From a virus, in the IMG/VR virus record IMGVR_UViG_3300025431_000004, positions 7,430 through 71,429 of that record: DNA of 64,000 nucleotides, one strand, 5' to 3'. The number at the start of each line of letters is the position of its first letter. Position 1 is the stretch's first letter. Below are positions 48,031 through 58,111 of this stretch, in pieces. A program made the position numbers and the translations under genes. A model generated the notes under the pieces. That model was not told where the DNA came from. It saw only the letters and a list, made by a program, of their open reading frames with translations, and did no database searches.

Positions 48031-48834
48031 TTAAGTCTTTGTGACACTGTAAAGTTTTGATTTTCCTGCTGGTTGGGTAGGATCAAATAGTGCTGTTCCT
48101 TCCAATTCGCCTTCCCAGATCTCTTCAGTGATCATTGAGAACTCAGCAAGAGGGTCAGTATTGAAGCGATGAATATCAACAACAACAGGCTCATCACTAT
48201 TTTCAGTGTTAAGACCTTCGAATCTTAGAGCAACATCTTTACGAGGTTGAGTAAATGATTCAAGCTGAACTTGAGCTTCATGGTCAAACGTAAAAGTTAG
48301 ATCATCTGCATCAGCAATGATGTCAGCAGCAGGCGAGCCTCCATTTGAAACAGCCTGCTCAGCAGCAGTGAAGATTCGAACAGAACCAGCATTTTCATCT
48401 AATTCAAAGTTTTGATTAGCAACATAGGTGATTAAACCAGTAGCAGTATCAGTAACAACAAGGTTGGAAACCTTGACTTTACCAAATCCATAGATAAGGC
48501 CGGTTTGAACAACCTTAGTGACAGCAACTCCAACAGCAGCAGCAACATCAGTTGTGTCACCGAAAACTGCTAATGCAACATTCTCTTTACTGAACGATTG
48601 GAAGGTCAGGGCAACCAAGATTTCTTTACCAGTTTCATGGCGAAGAACGATTTGGCGCTGGCCAGATGTACTTTCTTTAAAGTTGGTAGTGTCAACATTG
48701 TGTGAGAACGATAATTCAGATACGTTCGCCATGTGACGGAAACCAACAGGTAAATTGGTAACTGGGTCAATATCAGAGATCAAGACAACGCCTTGGCCTG
48801 AGAAGAACTCAATTTCTTTTTGATGTTGAGGCAT
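48031..48834 (-). CDS. major tail tube protein
   Basis: FFSGQG, NVSEL, ESTSGQR, LRFEGLNT. Confidence 0.82.
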   Translation of the reverse strand: MPQHQKEIEFFSGQGVVLISDIDPVTNLPVGFRHMANVSELSFSHNVDTTNFKESTSGQRQIVLRHETGKEILVALTFQSFSKENVALAVFGDTTDVAAAVGVAVTKVVQTGLIYGFGKVKVSNLVVTDTATGLITYVANQNFELDENAGSVRIFTAAEQAVSNGGSPAADIIADADDLTFTFDHEAQVQLESFTQPRKDVALRFEGLNTENSDEPVVVDIHRFNTDPLAEFSMITEEIWEGELEGTALFDPTQPAGKSKLYSVTKT

Positions 48835-48881
48835 AATTTTATTCCTTCATGCTAAAAAATTTAGGGGTATGCCCCTAACAG

Positions 48882-49325
48882 TTAATTGAAGCTTCCTTTG
48901 ATAGAAATCAATGTTTCAAAACCTAACGAAAAAAACGCAAAGCCTTTATCATAGAATTGTCCATCGTCGGGCAACAATTTCATTTCTCCAAAACCTGTAG
49001 CAAGCTTATATCCTAATAATGCAGTCGTAACAGAATCCATTATAGGTGAAGCAACCGATCTTGGGTTTTTTCCTGACAAAATGTCTGATACGTCTCTGAC
49101 AGCAGTCACGACAACCCATTTTTGTCTAATTTTTTGTAATTGGCCTTTTCCAGAACTATCAAATGGCGTAAATCCACCATAACCGACATATATAGTTGAG
49201 CTATATTGAGACAGATCTTCAATGGATTTGATTTCATCCATTGATCTAATTTCAACACCATCAAGCTTGAACTCCGCAAGTCTAGCCAAAATCAAATCTT
49301 CAGCTTCCAACCAACTAACTGCCAC
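48882..49325 (-). CDS. tail terminator (Mu gp37-like)
   Basis: Position; QKWVVVTAVR...ALLGY. Confidence 0.68.
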   Translation of the reverse strand: MAVSWLEAEDLILARLAEFKLDGVEIRSMDEIKSIEDLSQYSSTIYVGYGGFTPFDSSGKGQLQKIRQKWVVVTAVRDVSDILSGKNPRSVASPIMDSVTTALLGYKLATGFGEMKLLPDDGQFYDKGFAFFSLGFETLISIKGSFN

Positions 49326-49816
49326 TATCTAGTTTCCTTTCTGATTTGTTCTTCAATCTTATCGACAGCCATCTTCTCGATTTCTGGAGAAGTACTAATA
49401 AATCTTCTTTGTGGCAACACACCTGACCCGACTCTACGACCAAAAACCTTATGGTTACGATCACCATTATTATGTGCGGCAACCTTTCGTGGGTCATCAT
49501 CAGAAAATATAGATACAGACTTCTTGTTGACGTTATGTGTAATGCTTTCAAACATTGTTCCAGAATCAATCAGAAGACCTTTATTCAATGTTCCTCTGTT
49601 GAATCTCAACACTGAACTCGTCAGTGTTAAGTTTTGCCATTGCTGGGCAGTTTTAGGATCTTTTTTAACCCTAATCATATTATTTTTTAAAATAGCTACT
49701 GCGTTTGATCCAATATCATCCCACAATGATGGTGTATCAAGAACAGTACCGATATTTCTTAAACGTCTTACGAACGTTTTTTGACCTCGACCAAACCTGA
49801 ATGTGAAATCACCCAT
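49325..49816 (-). CDS. virion morphogenesis / tail completion protein
   Basis: LIDSGTMFESI, AAHNNG, LPQRRFI. Confidence 0.75.
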   Translation of the reverse strand: MGDFTFRFGRGQKTFVRRLRNIGTVLDTPSLWDDIGSNAVAILKNNMIRVKKDPKTAQQWQNLTLTSSVLRFNRGTLNKGLLIDSGTMFESITHNVNKKSVSIFSDDDPRKVAAHNNGDRNHKVFGRRVGSGVLPQRRFISTSPEIEKMAVDKIEEQIRKETR

Positions 49817-50196
49817 TACACTCTTCTTAGCTTGGTTGATGATGATTTATTTGTTGTGCCAATTTTCACGGCACCCAGTAGATCAAGTTTTCCATTTGCT
49901 ATGCGCTCAAGCATTGCCAAAGCTTCCTTGTATAGCTCCGTAACCGACTCTCTTGGGTCTAAAGAGTAAAGTTCGTATCGAGTTATAGCAGAGGCGATAT
50001 TAATTATTGTAGAGGGTATAGGATTGGTAAATGGGACTTCGTAGAACGATCTCAAATAGTCGTTGATCAAAGCATCTGCTCTTTTGGCAGCAGCATCATA
50101 TACATCACTGTCAATTGATCCTGATCCTCGACCAGTTAATTGTGTGATTTCTGGAGTGCCAAATATGACTTGGAATTGATCTTCGTCTATATACAT
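49816..50196 (-). CDS. head-tail adaptor (DUF1320, Mu gp36-like)
   Basis: ADALINDYLRSFYEVP, ITRYELY, YKEALAMLERIANGK. Confidence 0.82.
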   Translation of the reverse strand: MYIDEDQFQVIFGTPEITQLTGRGSGSIDSDVYDAAAKRADALINDYLRSFYEVPFTNPIPSTIINIASAITRYELYSLDPRESVTELYKEALAMLERIANGKLDLLGAVKIGTTNKSSSTKLRRV

Positions 50197-50254
50197 AACT
50201 TTTGTAAAAATTCCCCGTAAGGTTGAGGTAATTATTCCCTCAAAAGTCGAAATC

Positions 50255-50296
50255 AAAAAGCAAGATGGAAAAAAGGAAAATAAATCCCACCTCGCT
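50255..50296 (-). terminator. intrinsic terminator
   Basis: AGCGAGGTGG...CCATCTTGCT plus TTTT. Confidence 0.6.
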
Positions 50297-50318
50297 CAAA
50301 AGGTAAACTTGTCACCTT

Positions 50319-50606
50319 TTAATCGTCGGAATCGAAGTCTGAAAAATCAATTTCAGGTGACGCTGCTTCAGCAACAGTCTCTACGACTGCTTCTACAACG
50401 GCTTCTGCCACTTCTTCGATAACTTCATCAACAAGGCCGGATCGCTGGTTATTTGCGATTGAATTTCTTGCTACAGCACTGTTGATATTATTTTTAAATG
50501 GTACTTTTTTCTTAGCCAGTTTAGCGGCTTTCTTTTCTTCTTCAATATCGGCTTTTCTGTGAATCTTTCGTTGATACTGGAGCAATTCTGCTGTTGTAAA
50601 ACTCAT
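50319..50606 (-). CDS. hypothetical protein after MCP (basic N-half, acidic C-half)
   Basis: AAGGA RBS. Confidence 0.65.
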   Translation of the reverse strand: MSFTTAELLQYQRKIHRKADIEEEKKAAKLAKKKVPFKNNINSAVARNSIANNQRSGLVDEVIEEVAEAVVEAVVETVAEAASPEIDFSDFDSDD

Positions 50607-50674
50607 AAAATTTCCTTTTTAGATGAACTGGTAGCGAGTGCTACCAGAACATTCATAATAATATTAGTATATTA

Positions 50675-51691
50675 TTATCCATTGGTTATCAAAAAAGCCA
50701 TCGGTATGTTTTTCCGTTCCTCATATACACGACTCCATTGTGCTGGGTCTTGCAAGTTAGCGCGAGTTGCAGAAACGCCTTGAGCGATACCAGCAGATGC
50801 GAATGCAAAGCCTGCAGGATGGATAATCTCATTACGACGAGCAAACAAGATGTCTTGACCACCACCGTTACCAGATTCAGGCTTACGATCCAATTCAGAA
50901 GGAACCAAAGGAGCAGATTCGCCATAACCGAATGCACCGGGTGCAAACAATACTGAAGTGAATTTGAAACCAGAAGTGCCGCCAGCTTCAACAGTCAAAG
51001 CATCATCTTCAACTAAACGATAGCCTAAGTAGGTTTCAAAACGGATGTTGCCATTTGAATCTTCGGTGAAGTCGATCAAGTTCTGTTTTCGCAAACGTGT
51101 ACGAACAACAGAGTGAACAGCAAGTACTGCGATTTCTTGAGAGTGATCACCTAAAGTTGCCGCAGCGTCAATAACAGCTTCAGCAGAAATTAAGTTAGCA
51201 GCAACAGCATTGTCACCATCTTCAATAGAAATATCAACGACCATATCACCAGCGTTATTTGCTACATTATCAGCACGAAGACCGACAGTTGTGGAAATGA
51301 TTCGTTGGCTTAGATTAGTCGCCCAATAGTGTGCAACTCGGTTGGTGATAGCTCCAAGTGGGTCTTGTAATGCAAGCTGACGAGACAGATCCATTGTAGA
51401 CCAAGACTTAGCTTGGTTAGCAAGACGGAAAATCTGTACCGCACTTGAGATTTTATCAGGAGTATTTGTTAAAGATGGATCGTCAGATGTGTAATCTGGC
51501 TCGTTGTTATCCAAGTTTAGGAAGAAAGGTAATTCACCGATCATACCACCTTGAGCAACCATCGCGTCAATGCGTGGGTCTTGAACGATAATGCCAGCAC
51601 TTGCGAAAGCGTTTAATTCGATTGCGCGTTCTTGAACAGCAGCATTAAAAGTGAGTGGTTCGTAAATATCTACAAGGCGTACTTCAGCCAT
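50675..51691 (-). CDS. major capsid protein
   Basis: 338 aa after scaffold; ELPFFLNL, DPLGAITNRVAHYW, YLGYRLVEDD, IIHPAGF. Confidence 0.88.
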   Translation of the reverse strand: MAEVRLVDIYEPLTFNAAVQERAIELNAFASAGIIVQDPRIDAMVAQGGMIGELPFFLNLDNNEPDYTSDDPSLTNTPDKISSAVQIFRLANQAKSWSTMDLSRQLALQDPLGAITNRVAHYWATNLSQRIISTTVGLRADNVANNAGDMVVDISIEDGDNAVAANLISAEAVIDAAATLGDHSQEIAVLAVHSVVRTRLRKQNLIDFTEDSNGNIRFETYLGYRLVEDDALTVEAGGTSGFKFTSVLFAPGAFGYGESAPLVPSELDRKPESGNGGGQDILFARRNEIIHPAGFAFASAGIAQGVSATRANLQDPAQWSRVYEERKNIPMAFLITNG

Positions 51692-51815
51692 TTTTGAATC
51701 TCCAAGTTATATGATTTCCCTTGGAGAATAGTCTTGCCAAGAGATTTTAAGAAACTAATAAAATCTTTCGGCCTAACCAAAAAATGTTCGGTAAAATGTG
51801 CGACCTAATCGCAAA

Positions 51816-51872
51816 AAAATACCATTGATAATCTAATTTTATAGCACATGATAGATATGTCAATGGTATTTT
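51816..51872 (-). promoter_or_regulatory. long hairpin (terminator-like) containing TTGACA-N16-TAAAAT promoter for MCP
   Basis: Arms 51816-51830/51858-51872; T-tract follows on - strand. Confidence 0.6.
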
Positions 51873-51880
51873 ACCGGATA

Positions 51881-51961
51881 TTACTTTTTTCTTGGCTTTG
51901 ATCTAACCGTCTTCTTTTTGGTAGACGATTTTTTCTTCACATGCTTAGTATGACCTGACAT
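51881..51961 (-). CDS. 26-aa highly basic peptide (not in ORF track)
   Basis: MSGHTKHVKKKSSTKKKTVRSKPRKK; ATG directly follows scaffold TAA. Confidence 0.6.
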   Translation of the reverse strand: MSGHTKHVKKKSSTKKKTVRSKPRKK

Positions 51962-52765
51962 TTATTGACCTGCTGCTTTTTGGAACTGTTTAGCCAATTG
52001 TGGATTTTCTTTCACCATTTTTGCTTGATCAGTTACGTTATATGCTGCGGTGCCTTTCTGGAATGGGTTGGGTACTTTAGAACCGCCACCATTACCTTGT
52101 GGCGCACCGGAGCCAGAATTTTGAACAGGAAATGCAGGAGCAAAACTATCGTTGGTCATCATTTCATTAACTAAACCAGATATAGTAACAGCCTTTCCTG
52201 TTTCAGCATCAAAACGTTGCTGACCCGCACTATCAACTACTTGTAAAGAATAAACACCGTCTTCACCAGCAACATTTCTAACACTGGGTAGAATATGTGG
52301 CATTAGTAAAAATTCGCTTCCTTGAACTTTTTTGATAGCAGCGTGTGCTTGGTTTGTGATTGTCTCTGTATCGAGAGCAGCCTTTAAAGAAGCAATCGTT
52401 TTCTCACTTTCAGTTTTCAAAGTGTTCATTGCCGTACTGTGTGCTGTGGTCATTTCGTTTTTCAACTCATCCCAACGACCTTCAGAAGCAAGTTTTGCAT
52501 CAGCAGCTTCTTTTTTCTCTGCCTCAAGAGCATCTTTACCATCAATATATGCTTGGTAGTCTTCTGCAGTAACCCCTTCAGGTATTTGGTTTTTCTTTGC
52601 TTTGGCGAGTTTATCCATCAACTCTTGAGTCTTACTTTTAAGACCGGCATCGTTGGCTTCCATTTCGGCTTTATAAGTGGCCTGTGCTTCTGCCCATGCT
52701 GTGTTGAATCCTGCTTGGTCGTCGCCAAATTGTGCCTTAAGCATTTTCTTCAGTAGTTCTAACAT
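51962..52765 (-). CDS. capsid scaffolding protein
   Basis: Coiled coil, GLKSKTQEL, GSGAPQG, NPF; between portal and MCP. Confidence 0.82.
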   Translation of the reverse strand: MLELLKKMLKAQFGDDQAGFNTAWAEAQATYKAEMEANDAGLKSKTQELMDKLAKAKKNQIPEGVTAEDYQAYIDGKDALEAEKKEAADAKLASEGRWDELKNEMTTAHSTAMNTLKTESEKTIASLKAALDTETITNQAHAAIKKVQGSEFLLMPHILPSVRNVAGEDGVYSLQVVDSAGQQRFDAETGKAVTISGLVNEMMTNDSFAPAFPVQNSGSGAPQGNGGGSKVPNPFQKGTAAYNVTDQAKMVKENPQLAKQFQKAAGQ

Positions 52766-52777
52766 TTACATTTCCTT

Positions 52778-54304
52778 TTATTTTACGTCTGAGCTTGCTA
52801 CTGGATTATCCAGTATGGTGTTGTCGAGTGGTGTTCCACCCGAATTCAGTTTTGCTTCTTCATCAGTAGCAGTTTTGGCTGCTTCTGCGCCAATCTCAGC
52901 ATCTTTATCTTTGCTAAAAAATGGAGGTTGGTTTTCTTGTATTTTTTCTAGTTCCTGAGAGAATGTTCTATCAGGTGGGATTAACTCGCCTTCTTTTAGT
53001 TTATCAAATACTGTTTCGTGAGAAATAGCACCGTCTAACCAAGACTTGACCAAAGCGATAACTGCGTTTGGATCAATATCAACTCTGATAAGATCAGTAT
53101 TCAACCGATATTGCCCTGTAAAATCTTCGTTGCCATTCCATGCTTCATACATGGCGACAACGCTTTCCATCTGGTTGGATATGTTTTCGACAGTATTTGA
53201 TATTACTGAGGTCTGAAGACCTGTTCTCAATAGTACTGAAGTAGCAGTTTCACGCGACACGCCTTCCTTTTTCAGGAGTTGTGCGCCAATTGTTGCCATA
53301 ATATCTTTTACTTCTTGGATGAATTTTTCGTGAGCATCATAAGACGCTCCAGAAAACTCCAAGATACCAACTGCTGCATCTGGCTCACTAATTCTCCAGA
53401 TACGAGTCGGCCCGATTGTATCCTGATCACGATCTTGATCATCAGGTGATACACCGGTAGTCCAAGGCGTTGGTAATGATGTGTAGAACATCATGTGCGC
53501 TTGATCTAAGCGTTTACTCAACAGGGTTATGTTCAAATCTGATATGTCTTGAAGGATCGACTTCTTAATATCAAAATTGTTTGCCTCGGAACCATGAATG
53601 ACGACCGGGATGTAATCTAGGAATTTGCCATTCTGTTTTGGGAACGTCTCTGAATCTGGAACCTGATCAAAGGAAACTGAATCTGTCTCTTCATATTGTC
53701 TGACTCTGTATTTACCATCCAATAAATCAAGAACGGTATATCGAGTAATATATTCATATTCAAATTCATCCTCTTGGCTGATTTCTTCAACACATACCTT
53801 GAAGATGAATCTTTCTAAAGTGATGATGCCTTTGTTCTCTTTGGTAGAGATGCCAACAATATCATCAGCCCTGATATATCGCATATAAGGCTTTTTCTGT
53901 TCATCGTTCCAGTCGATCATAGATGCAGCGAAACCATTTTTCAGGATTTCAGCAACAACCAAAGATGAATATTGGGATAAGTCGTTTCCGACAAAATCAA
54001 CATTGGTATATTCATCTAATTCAAGATCGGTTTCAGGTGGCTTTGAAAAAATTGTACCAACATAAGCATTGACGATGGCTTTGTAGACCAATTCGATTAC
54101 GGCAAGATTCACATAATTGAGAAAGTCATCATCGGTTTGATCTTCAAGTCTAGTAAACAGTAGGTTTCTGTTTTCTACTACTGAATCACGACCTTCATAT
54201 AGTATGTAATTTTGGCGAATATAGTCTTGTTGCTTGAGAACATTGTATGTATACGGAATATGCAATGACTGTAAAGCTGTCAATAGGGATAATCTACTAG
54301 CCAT
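52778..54304 (-). CDS. portal protein (DUF4055-type)
   Basis: After TerL; GTIFSKPP, YIPVV, LPTPWTTG, ETATS, GAISHET. Confidence 0.85.
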   Translation of the reverse strand: MASRLSLLTALQSLHIPYTYNVLKQQDYIRQNYILYEGRDSVVENRNLLFTRLEDQTDDDFLNYVNLAVIELVYKAIVNAYVGTIFSKPPETDLELDEYTNVDFVGNDLSQYSSLVVAEILKNGFAASMIDWNDEQKKPYMRYIRADDIVGISTKENKGIITLERFIFKVCVEEISQEDEFEYEYITRYTVLDLLDGKYRVRQYEETDSVSFDQVPDSETFPKQNGKFLDYIPVVIHGSEANNFDIKKSILQDISDLNITLLSKRLDQAHMMFYTSLPTPWTTGVSPDDQDRDQDTIGPTRIWRISEPDAAVGILEFSGASYDAHEKFIQEVKDIMATIGAQLLKKEGVSRETATSVLLRTGLQTSVISNTVENISNQMESVVAMYEAWNGNEDFTGQYRLNTDLIRVDIDPNAVIALVKSWLDGAISHETVFDKLKEGELIPPDRTFSQELEKIQENQPPFFSKDKDAEIGAEAAKTATDEEAKLNSGGTPLDNTILDNPVASSDVK

Positions 54305-55808
54305 TTCTTCTGCCGCCTTTGAGTTTTTTGGACTTCATCGCTTTTCTGCTAATTGGGTATCTGAAGTGAATTATATAGGTTGCTGAATCGTTGATATCAT
54401 CTATCGACGAACCTTTTAATTTTTCTGGAAGCTCTGTTGCTTCGCTGAATACCTGTTGCTCAAGTGAATCCGCAAGCTTGGGACATTTTTTCACATTTAC
54501 CCATAGAAGACCAGCCTTAAACGCTGAATTGGTTGATAAAACACGATCCATTATGCGTGGGTTCTTACTTGGGTATTTAGGTCGCATAAGCGCATCTCTA
54601 AGCATCGAAATATCAGATACAGTTACGCCCTTAGATGAAGCATTTTTTCCACTTGCATCAGGATATGTGAATATTGGACTAATTGGGTATCTTTTTCTGA
54701 TTGCTTGAATCAATTCCGGCGTATCTTTCAGACCATCAAAATGATGGATGGCATGAAGAGTTGGTTGTCCAACATACGGATAGCCTTTGTTTTCTTCAGT
54801 CGCTTGTAGTGGTTCCCGGTCAACATACACAATGGCATTCATATTATGTACGTTAAAATCTATCCCGATATGGAGTGTTTCACCACGTCTGTAGGTTTCT
54901 TTTGAGTCGCAGCTTTTTCTACTTGAATCGAATTTGTCGTCTTTACGATGGAAGTTTTTATAAACGGTGCCAAGTGCCATGTTGACAAACTGGCCTTCGA
55001 TATAGGCGTTTACATATTCGGCGGGGTAAACCTTCTGCATATCATCGTAGTAATCTTTTGGTAGAAATACATTTTCTCTACCGGATGCTTGAATTAACCG
55101 ATAGTTATCTGGCTTTTCCTTCTCAAACATCTTGTATACAAAGCGATAGCCCTCTGGGGTTGTACCTACAAATAGTTGGTTCAGCTCTGAAACTTCAAGA
55201 ATTTTACCATCAAATTGCTCTGGTGGTAGGTCTGGAAATTCTTTTATCAGCTCATCCCAGTCATATTGCATGATTATGTTGGGGTTTTCTGGCAAAACTT
55301 TTTCGTTAAACTGAACTATCTTTCCTTCTATTACTGTTTCGTAAAGAAGAAACCCATTATCATCCACTTTATGAACCCATTTTCTCGCTCTAGCAATGGC
55401 TTTCATCCAAACTTCAGTGGCTTTATCGGTAGCAAGTGTATCTAATTCATCCAAAAATACCGCAAGGACGTTAAATCCAACGATATGATCTGGATCATCC
55501 ATGCTTTTAAGGATGATTCTACCGCCAACGTCAAAAAATATTTCGTTTGTAGATTTATTTATTCGATAGCCGATATTAAGCTCATCCAGAATTTCCTCAA
55601 AGTTTGGATATAGAATATCTCTGAACATTGAAAAAATTGGAAATAGATAGCATAGATCATATTTTGGATATTTAAGCTTCAGTTGTACCATCTTTAAAAA
55701 TAAGATGAACGACTTCCCGCCGCCATAACCTGTTACAAAAGCTATGGCTTTTGATTCTTTATCGGTTATAAATTTTGATTGTGAATTTGTTAGCTTTAGT
55801 GTTCTCAT
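54297..55808 (-). CDS. terminase large subunit
   Basis: GYGGGKS, FLDELD, TTPEG, HIGIDFN, YPDASG, DDINDS. Confidence 0.92.
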   Translation of the reverse strand: MRTLKLTNSQSKFITDKESKAIAFVTGYGGGKSFILFLKMVQLKLKYPKYDLCYLFPIFSMFRDILYPNFEEILDELNIGYRINKSTNEIFFDVGGRIILKSMDDPDHIVGFNVLAVFLDELDTLATDKATEVWMKAIARARKWVHKVDDNGFLLYETVIEGKIVQFNEKVLPENPNIIMQYDWDELIKEFPDLPPEQFDGKILEVSELNQLFVGTTPEGYRFVYKMFEKEKPDNYRLIQASGRENVFLPKDYYDDMQKVYPAEYVNAYIEGQFVNMALGTVYKNFHRKDDKFDSSRKSCDSKETYRRGETLHIGIDFNVHNMNAIVYVDREPLQATEENKGYPYVGQPTLHAIHHFDGLKDTPELIQAIRKRYPISPIFTYPDASGKNASSKGVTVSDISMLRDALMRPKYPSKNPRIMDRVLSTNSAFKAGLLWVNVKKCPKLADSLEQQVFSEATELPEKLKGSSIDDINDSATYIIHFRYPISRKAMKSKKLKGGRRNG

Positions 55809-55825
55809 TTCTTCCCAAGAAAAAC

Positions 55826-55855
55826 AAAAATGCCTAGCTAAGTGCTAGGCTTTTT
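55826..55855. terminator. bidirectional intrinsic terminator
   Basis: AAAAA-T-GCCTAGC-TAAGT-GCTAGGC-TTTTT. Confidence 0.72.
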
Positions 55856-55902
55856 GTAATTTCCAAATGAAAATTATTATTTCTAGAATATAACAGTAAA
55901 TA

Positions 55903-56505
55903 TTATCGTTTACAATGTTTGTTGTTTTCACACTCACCGGCTAAAGCAGCGTAGGCTGACATATCAATATAGTCATCTAGTTTATAACCACCGGCGCCAG
56001 AACGAGCAAGTTTTAGCACTGTCATAAATTTCCAGCCATCGGTTTCGGTCAAGTTATGACCAGTCAATGCGTTAAAAGCATTTACTGTAGCCAACATTGA
56101 ACGCTCACCATCTTCTTTATCGCGTTCTTTACCACGTTGAGAAATGGTATCAAACGCGATTTGTAGGATTTCAGGTGCGGTTGATAGTCCATGTGGCAAT
56201 TCTGCAATAACCTCTTCTGATTCGCAGACAGGGTTTTCTTCAAACCACATATCGCCTTTGAAGCAGGCTTCAATATCTATTTCAAAGACAGACCAATCAT
56301 AGCCAGTCTTTAAATAGTGTTTTATCCAATCCTGACTTTGTTCACCAAGGTACATCATTAGTTTTGAAAGTGTATTAGGATTTTTGTTGAAGAATCTCCA
56401 AAAATCATCAGAAACGACTATTTCGTTTTCACCCCTTGTTGTGCTACAAACGCTGTTTAGAATTTTGGAAATGGTGGTTATGTTAGGCACTGGTTGAGTC
56501 CTCAT
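55903..56505 (-). CDS. DUF6378-domain protein
   Basis: ERSM..TV.AFNALTG, GWKFMTVLKLAR, DDYIDMSAYAALAGE. Confidence 0.75.
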   Translation of the reverse strand: MRTQPVPNITTISKILNSVCSTTRGENEIVVSDDFWRFFNKNPNTLSKLMMYLGEQSQDWIKHYLKTGYDWSVFEIDIEACFKGDMWFEENPVCESEEVIAELPHGLSTAPEILQIAFDTISQRGKERDKEDGERSMLATVNAFNALTGHNLTETDGWKFMTVLKLARSGAGGYKLDDYIDMSAYAALAGECENNKHCKR

Positions 56506-57193
56506 CTTTTTCCAACTGATATAGATCTTCAAGATCTTGATAGTTGTAGGATAAATCCATCTGCCACATTAGATATGAGAACATTCCGCCTTTTTGGTCT
56601 ACGTCTGATTGTTTGGCGACTTCCATGATTGTTTCTAAGATCTTGTTGTCATCAGTTGTTGGATTTGATTTAGGCCACTCGCGTGAATATATACCTTCTT
56701 TGTAACCGTTCTGTTGACGGAAGATGTTGAGTGCGTTCTTGGCGATGTACATTTCATAGAGTTTGTCGAAATCCAGATGAAACTCCTCACAAATTGTCAT
56801 GAATGTTTGTGGATTGAAACGATCTCGGAATGAATCCTTGATCATCACTTCTATGGCATCAATAGAGGATGGGTATAGGATTTTGTTTGGCGCCATCATT
56901 TTTGAATAGTATCTTGCCAGTTCTGACATTTCACAAGGCGTATCCCCGCTATTGGCGTGAATGATTAAATGTGACATTCCGAAATGCCAAATATCAACTA
57001 ATTCTAGTTGTATTTGTGGGATGTCGAGATCGCCTTGTTTCTTCCACCATTTCCAGCCCACCATATCAATCAATTCACTACATTCCATTCTTAATGCGCG
57101 AAGGAAGTTCCAACCTAAATTTTTCCATTCAGGATTGACTGTTGAATTCATTGTATCTTGTAACTCGAACATTTCTTGTAATTTGTTTTGCAT
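56483..57193 (-). CDS. dut: dimeric (all-alpha) dUTPase
   Basis: ECSELI..GWKWWK, ELVDIWHF, KNALNIFRQQNGYKEG.Y. Confidence 0.88.
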   Translation of the reverse strand: MQNKLQEMFELQDTMNSTVNPEWKNLGWNFLRALRMECSELIDMVGWKWWKKQGDLDIPQIQLELVDIWHFGMSHLIIHANSGDTPCEMSELARYYSKMMAPNKILYPSSIDAIEVMIKDSFRDRFNPQTFMTICEEFHLDFDKLYEMYIAKNALNIFRQQNGYKEGIYSREWPKSNPTTDDNKILETIMEVAKQSDVDQKGGMFSYLMWQMDLSYNYQDLEDLYQLEKDEDSTSA

Positions 57194-57203
57194 TATTATT
57201 CCT

Positions 57204-57716
57204 TTAGTGTTGGTTTTTATCTACTTTGTCATCTACTGGTTCAGGCTTGACACCAAATACCATCGACACAATAAGCTGGGCAATATTGGATGATAGTAGA
57301 TTATCACAACCAAATTTTTTGCAACAGTTGGCCATTAACAAGATCATTTGATCTCTATAATCGGTGTTTTCTTGAAGATAATTTGATAAATCACCAATTG
57401 AGATTTGTGCTTTTGCATGAGGTATTTCTGGAAAAAACTGAGTTAGAGAATCATTCATTCTATCAATGATGATTTTTAGGGTTTCGGGCTGGGTGGATAA
57501 TATGTGTAAGAATGGTTCTTGATCATTATCAGCGTGAACCATTGTAACGCCATGTGCATTACGCTTAGGTTCTGTGACTGACCCTATTAAAATAGAGTAG
57601 TCGCCCATTAATATTGTTGGTGTACCATCATCTTTATTGATGAAGACGGTGTCTTCCTTCCTTTTTAACATTTGTAGTTCCTTATTGGTCGTGATTGTGA
57701 AACTTAGATTAGGCAT
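57204..57716 (-). CDS. hypothetical protein (start may be MLKRK at 57671)
   Basis: Long ORF in operon. Confidence 0.6.
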   Translation of the reverse strand: MPNLSFTITTNKELQMLKRKEDTVFINKDDGTPTILMGDYSILIGSVTEPKRNAHGVTMVHADNDQEPFLHILSTQPETLKIIIDRMNDSLTQFFPEIPHAKAQISIGDLSNYLQENTDYRDQMILLMANCCKKFGCDNLLSSNIAQLIVSMVFGVKPEPVDDKVDKNQH

Positions 57717-57925
57717 TGACGGAGGAAATTATACGGCATAAATGCAATGCTTTCATGAGCATATTGATTAAAGTGTGAGAAAATCATACATGATCCTTTT
57801 TTTCTTGCAGTGTTTTAGAAAATTAACGATCTTTTTCCGCCCTTGTTCGTTATCAACCATCAGATCGAAGTCAAATTGTGTTGTTTCGTGATTTATTTTA
57901 ATGTGAATGTGGTAATCAGACATTT

Positions 57926-58111
57926 TCATCTCCACATCCAGATAAAGAACCGGGAAAATATTGAGATTGCTAATAGAGATAGTGATGTTATTAGGATTAT
58001 GTTTACTGCTGTTTTTTCGTTACGGGTCATGTTGTCTCTGTCGATACAAAATATATAGAGAATCGAAGATACCATCAATACTGCTGATGAGAGAAAAATT
58101 TGTGTCAGCAT
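57926..58111 (-). CDS. small 2-TM protein
   Basis: Two hydrophobic helices; coupled. Confidence 0.55.
   Translation of the reverse strand: MLTQIFLSSAVLMVSSILYIFCIDRDNMTRNEKTAVNIILITSLSLLAISIFSRFFIWMWR

Noticed and set aside
55185-55379. Intein in TerL
   Set aside because: Too short and lacks N-terminal Cys/Ser and His-Asn junction
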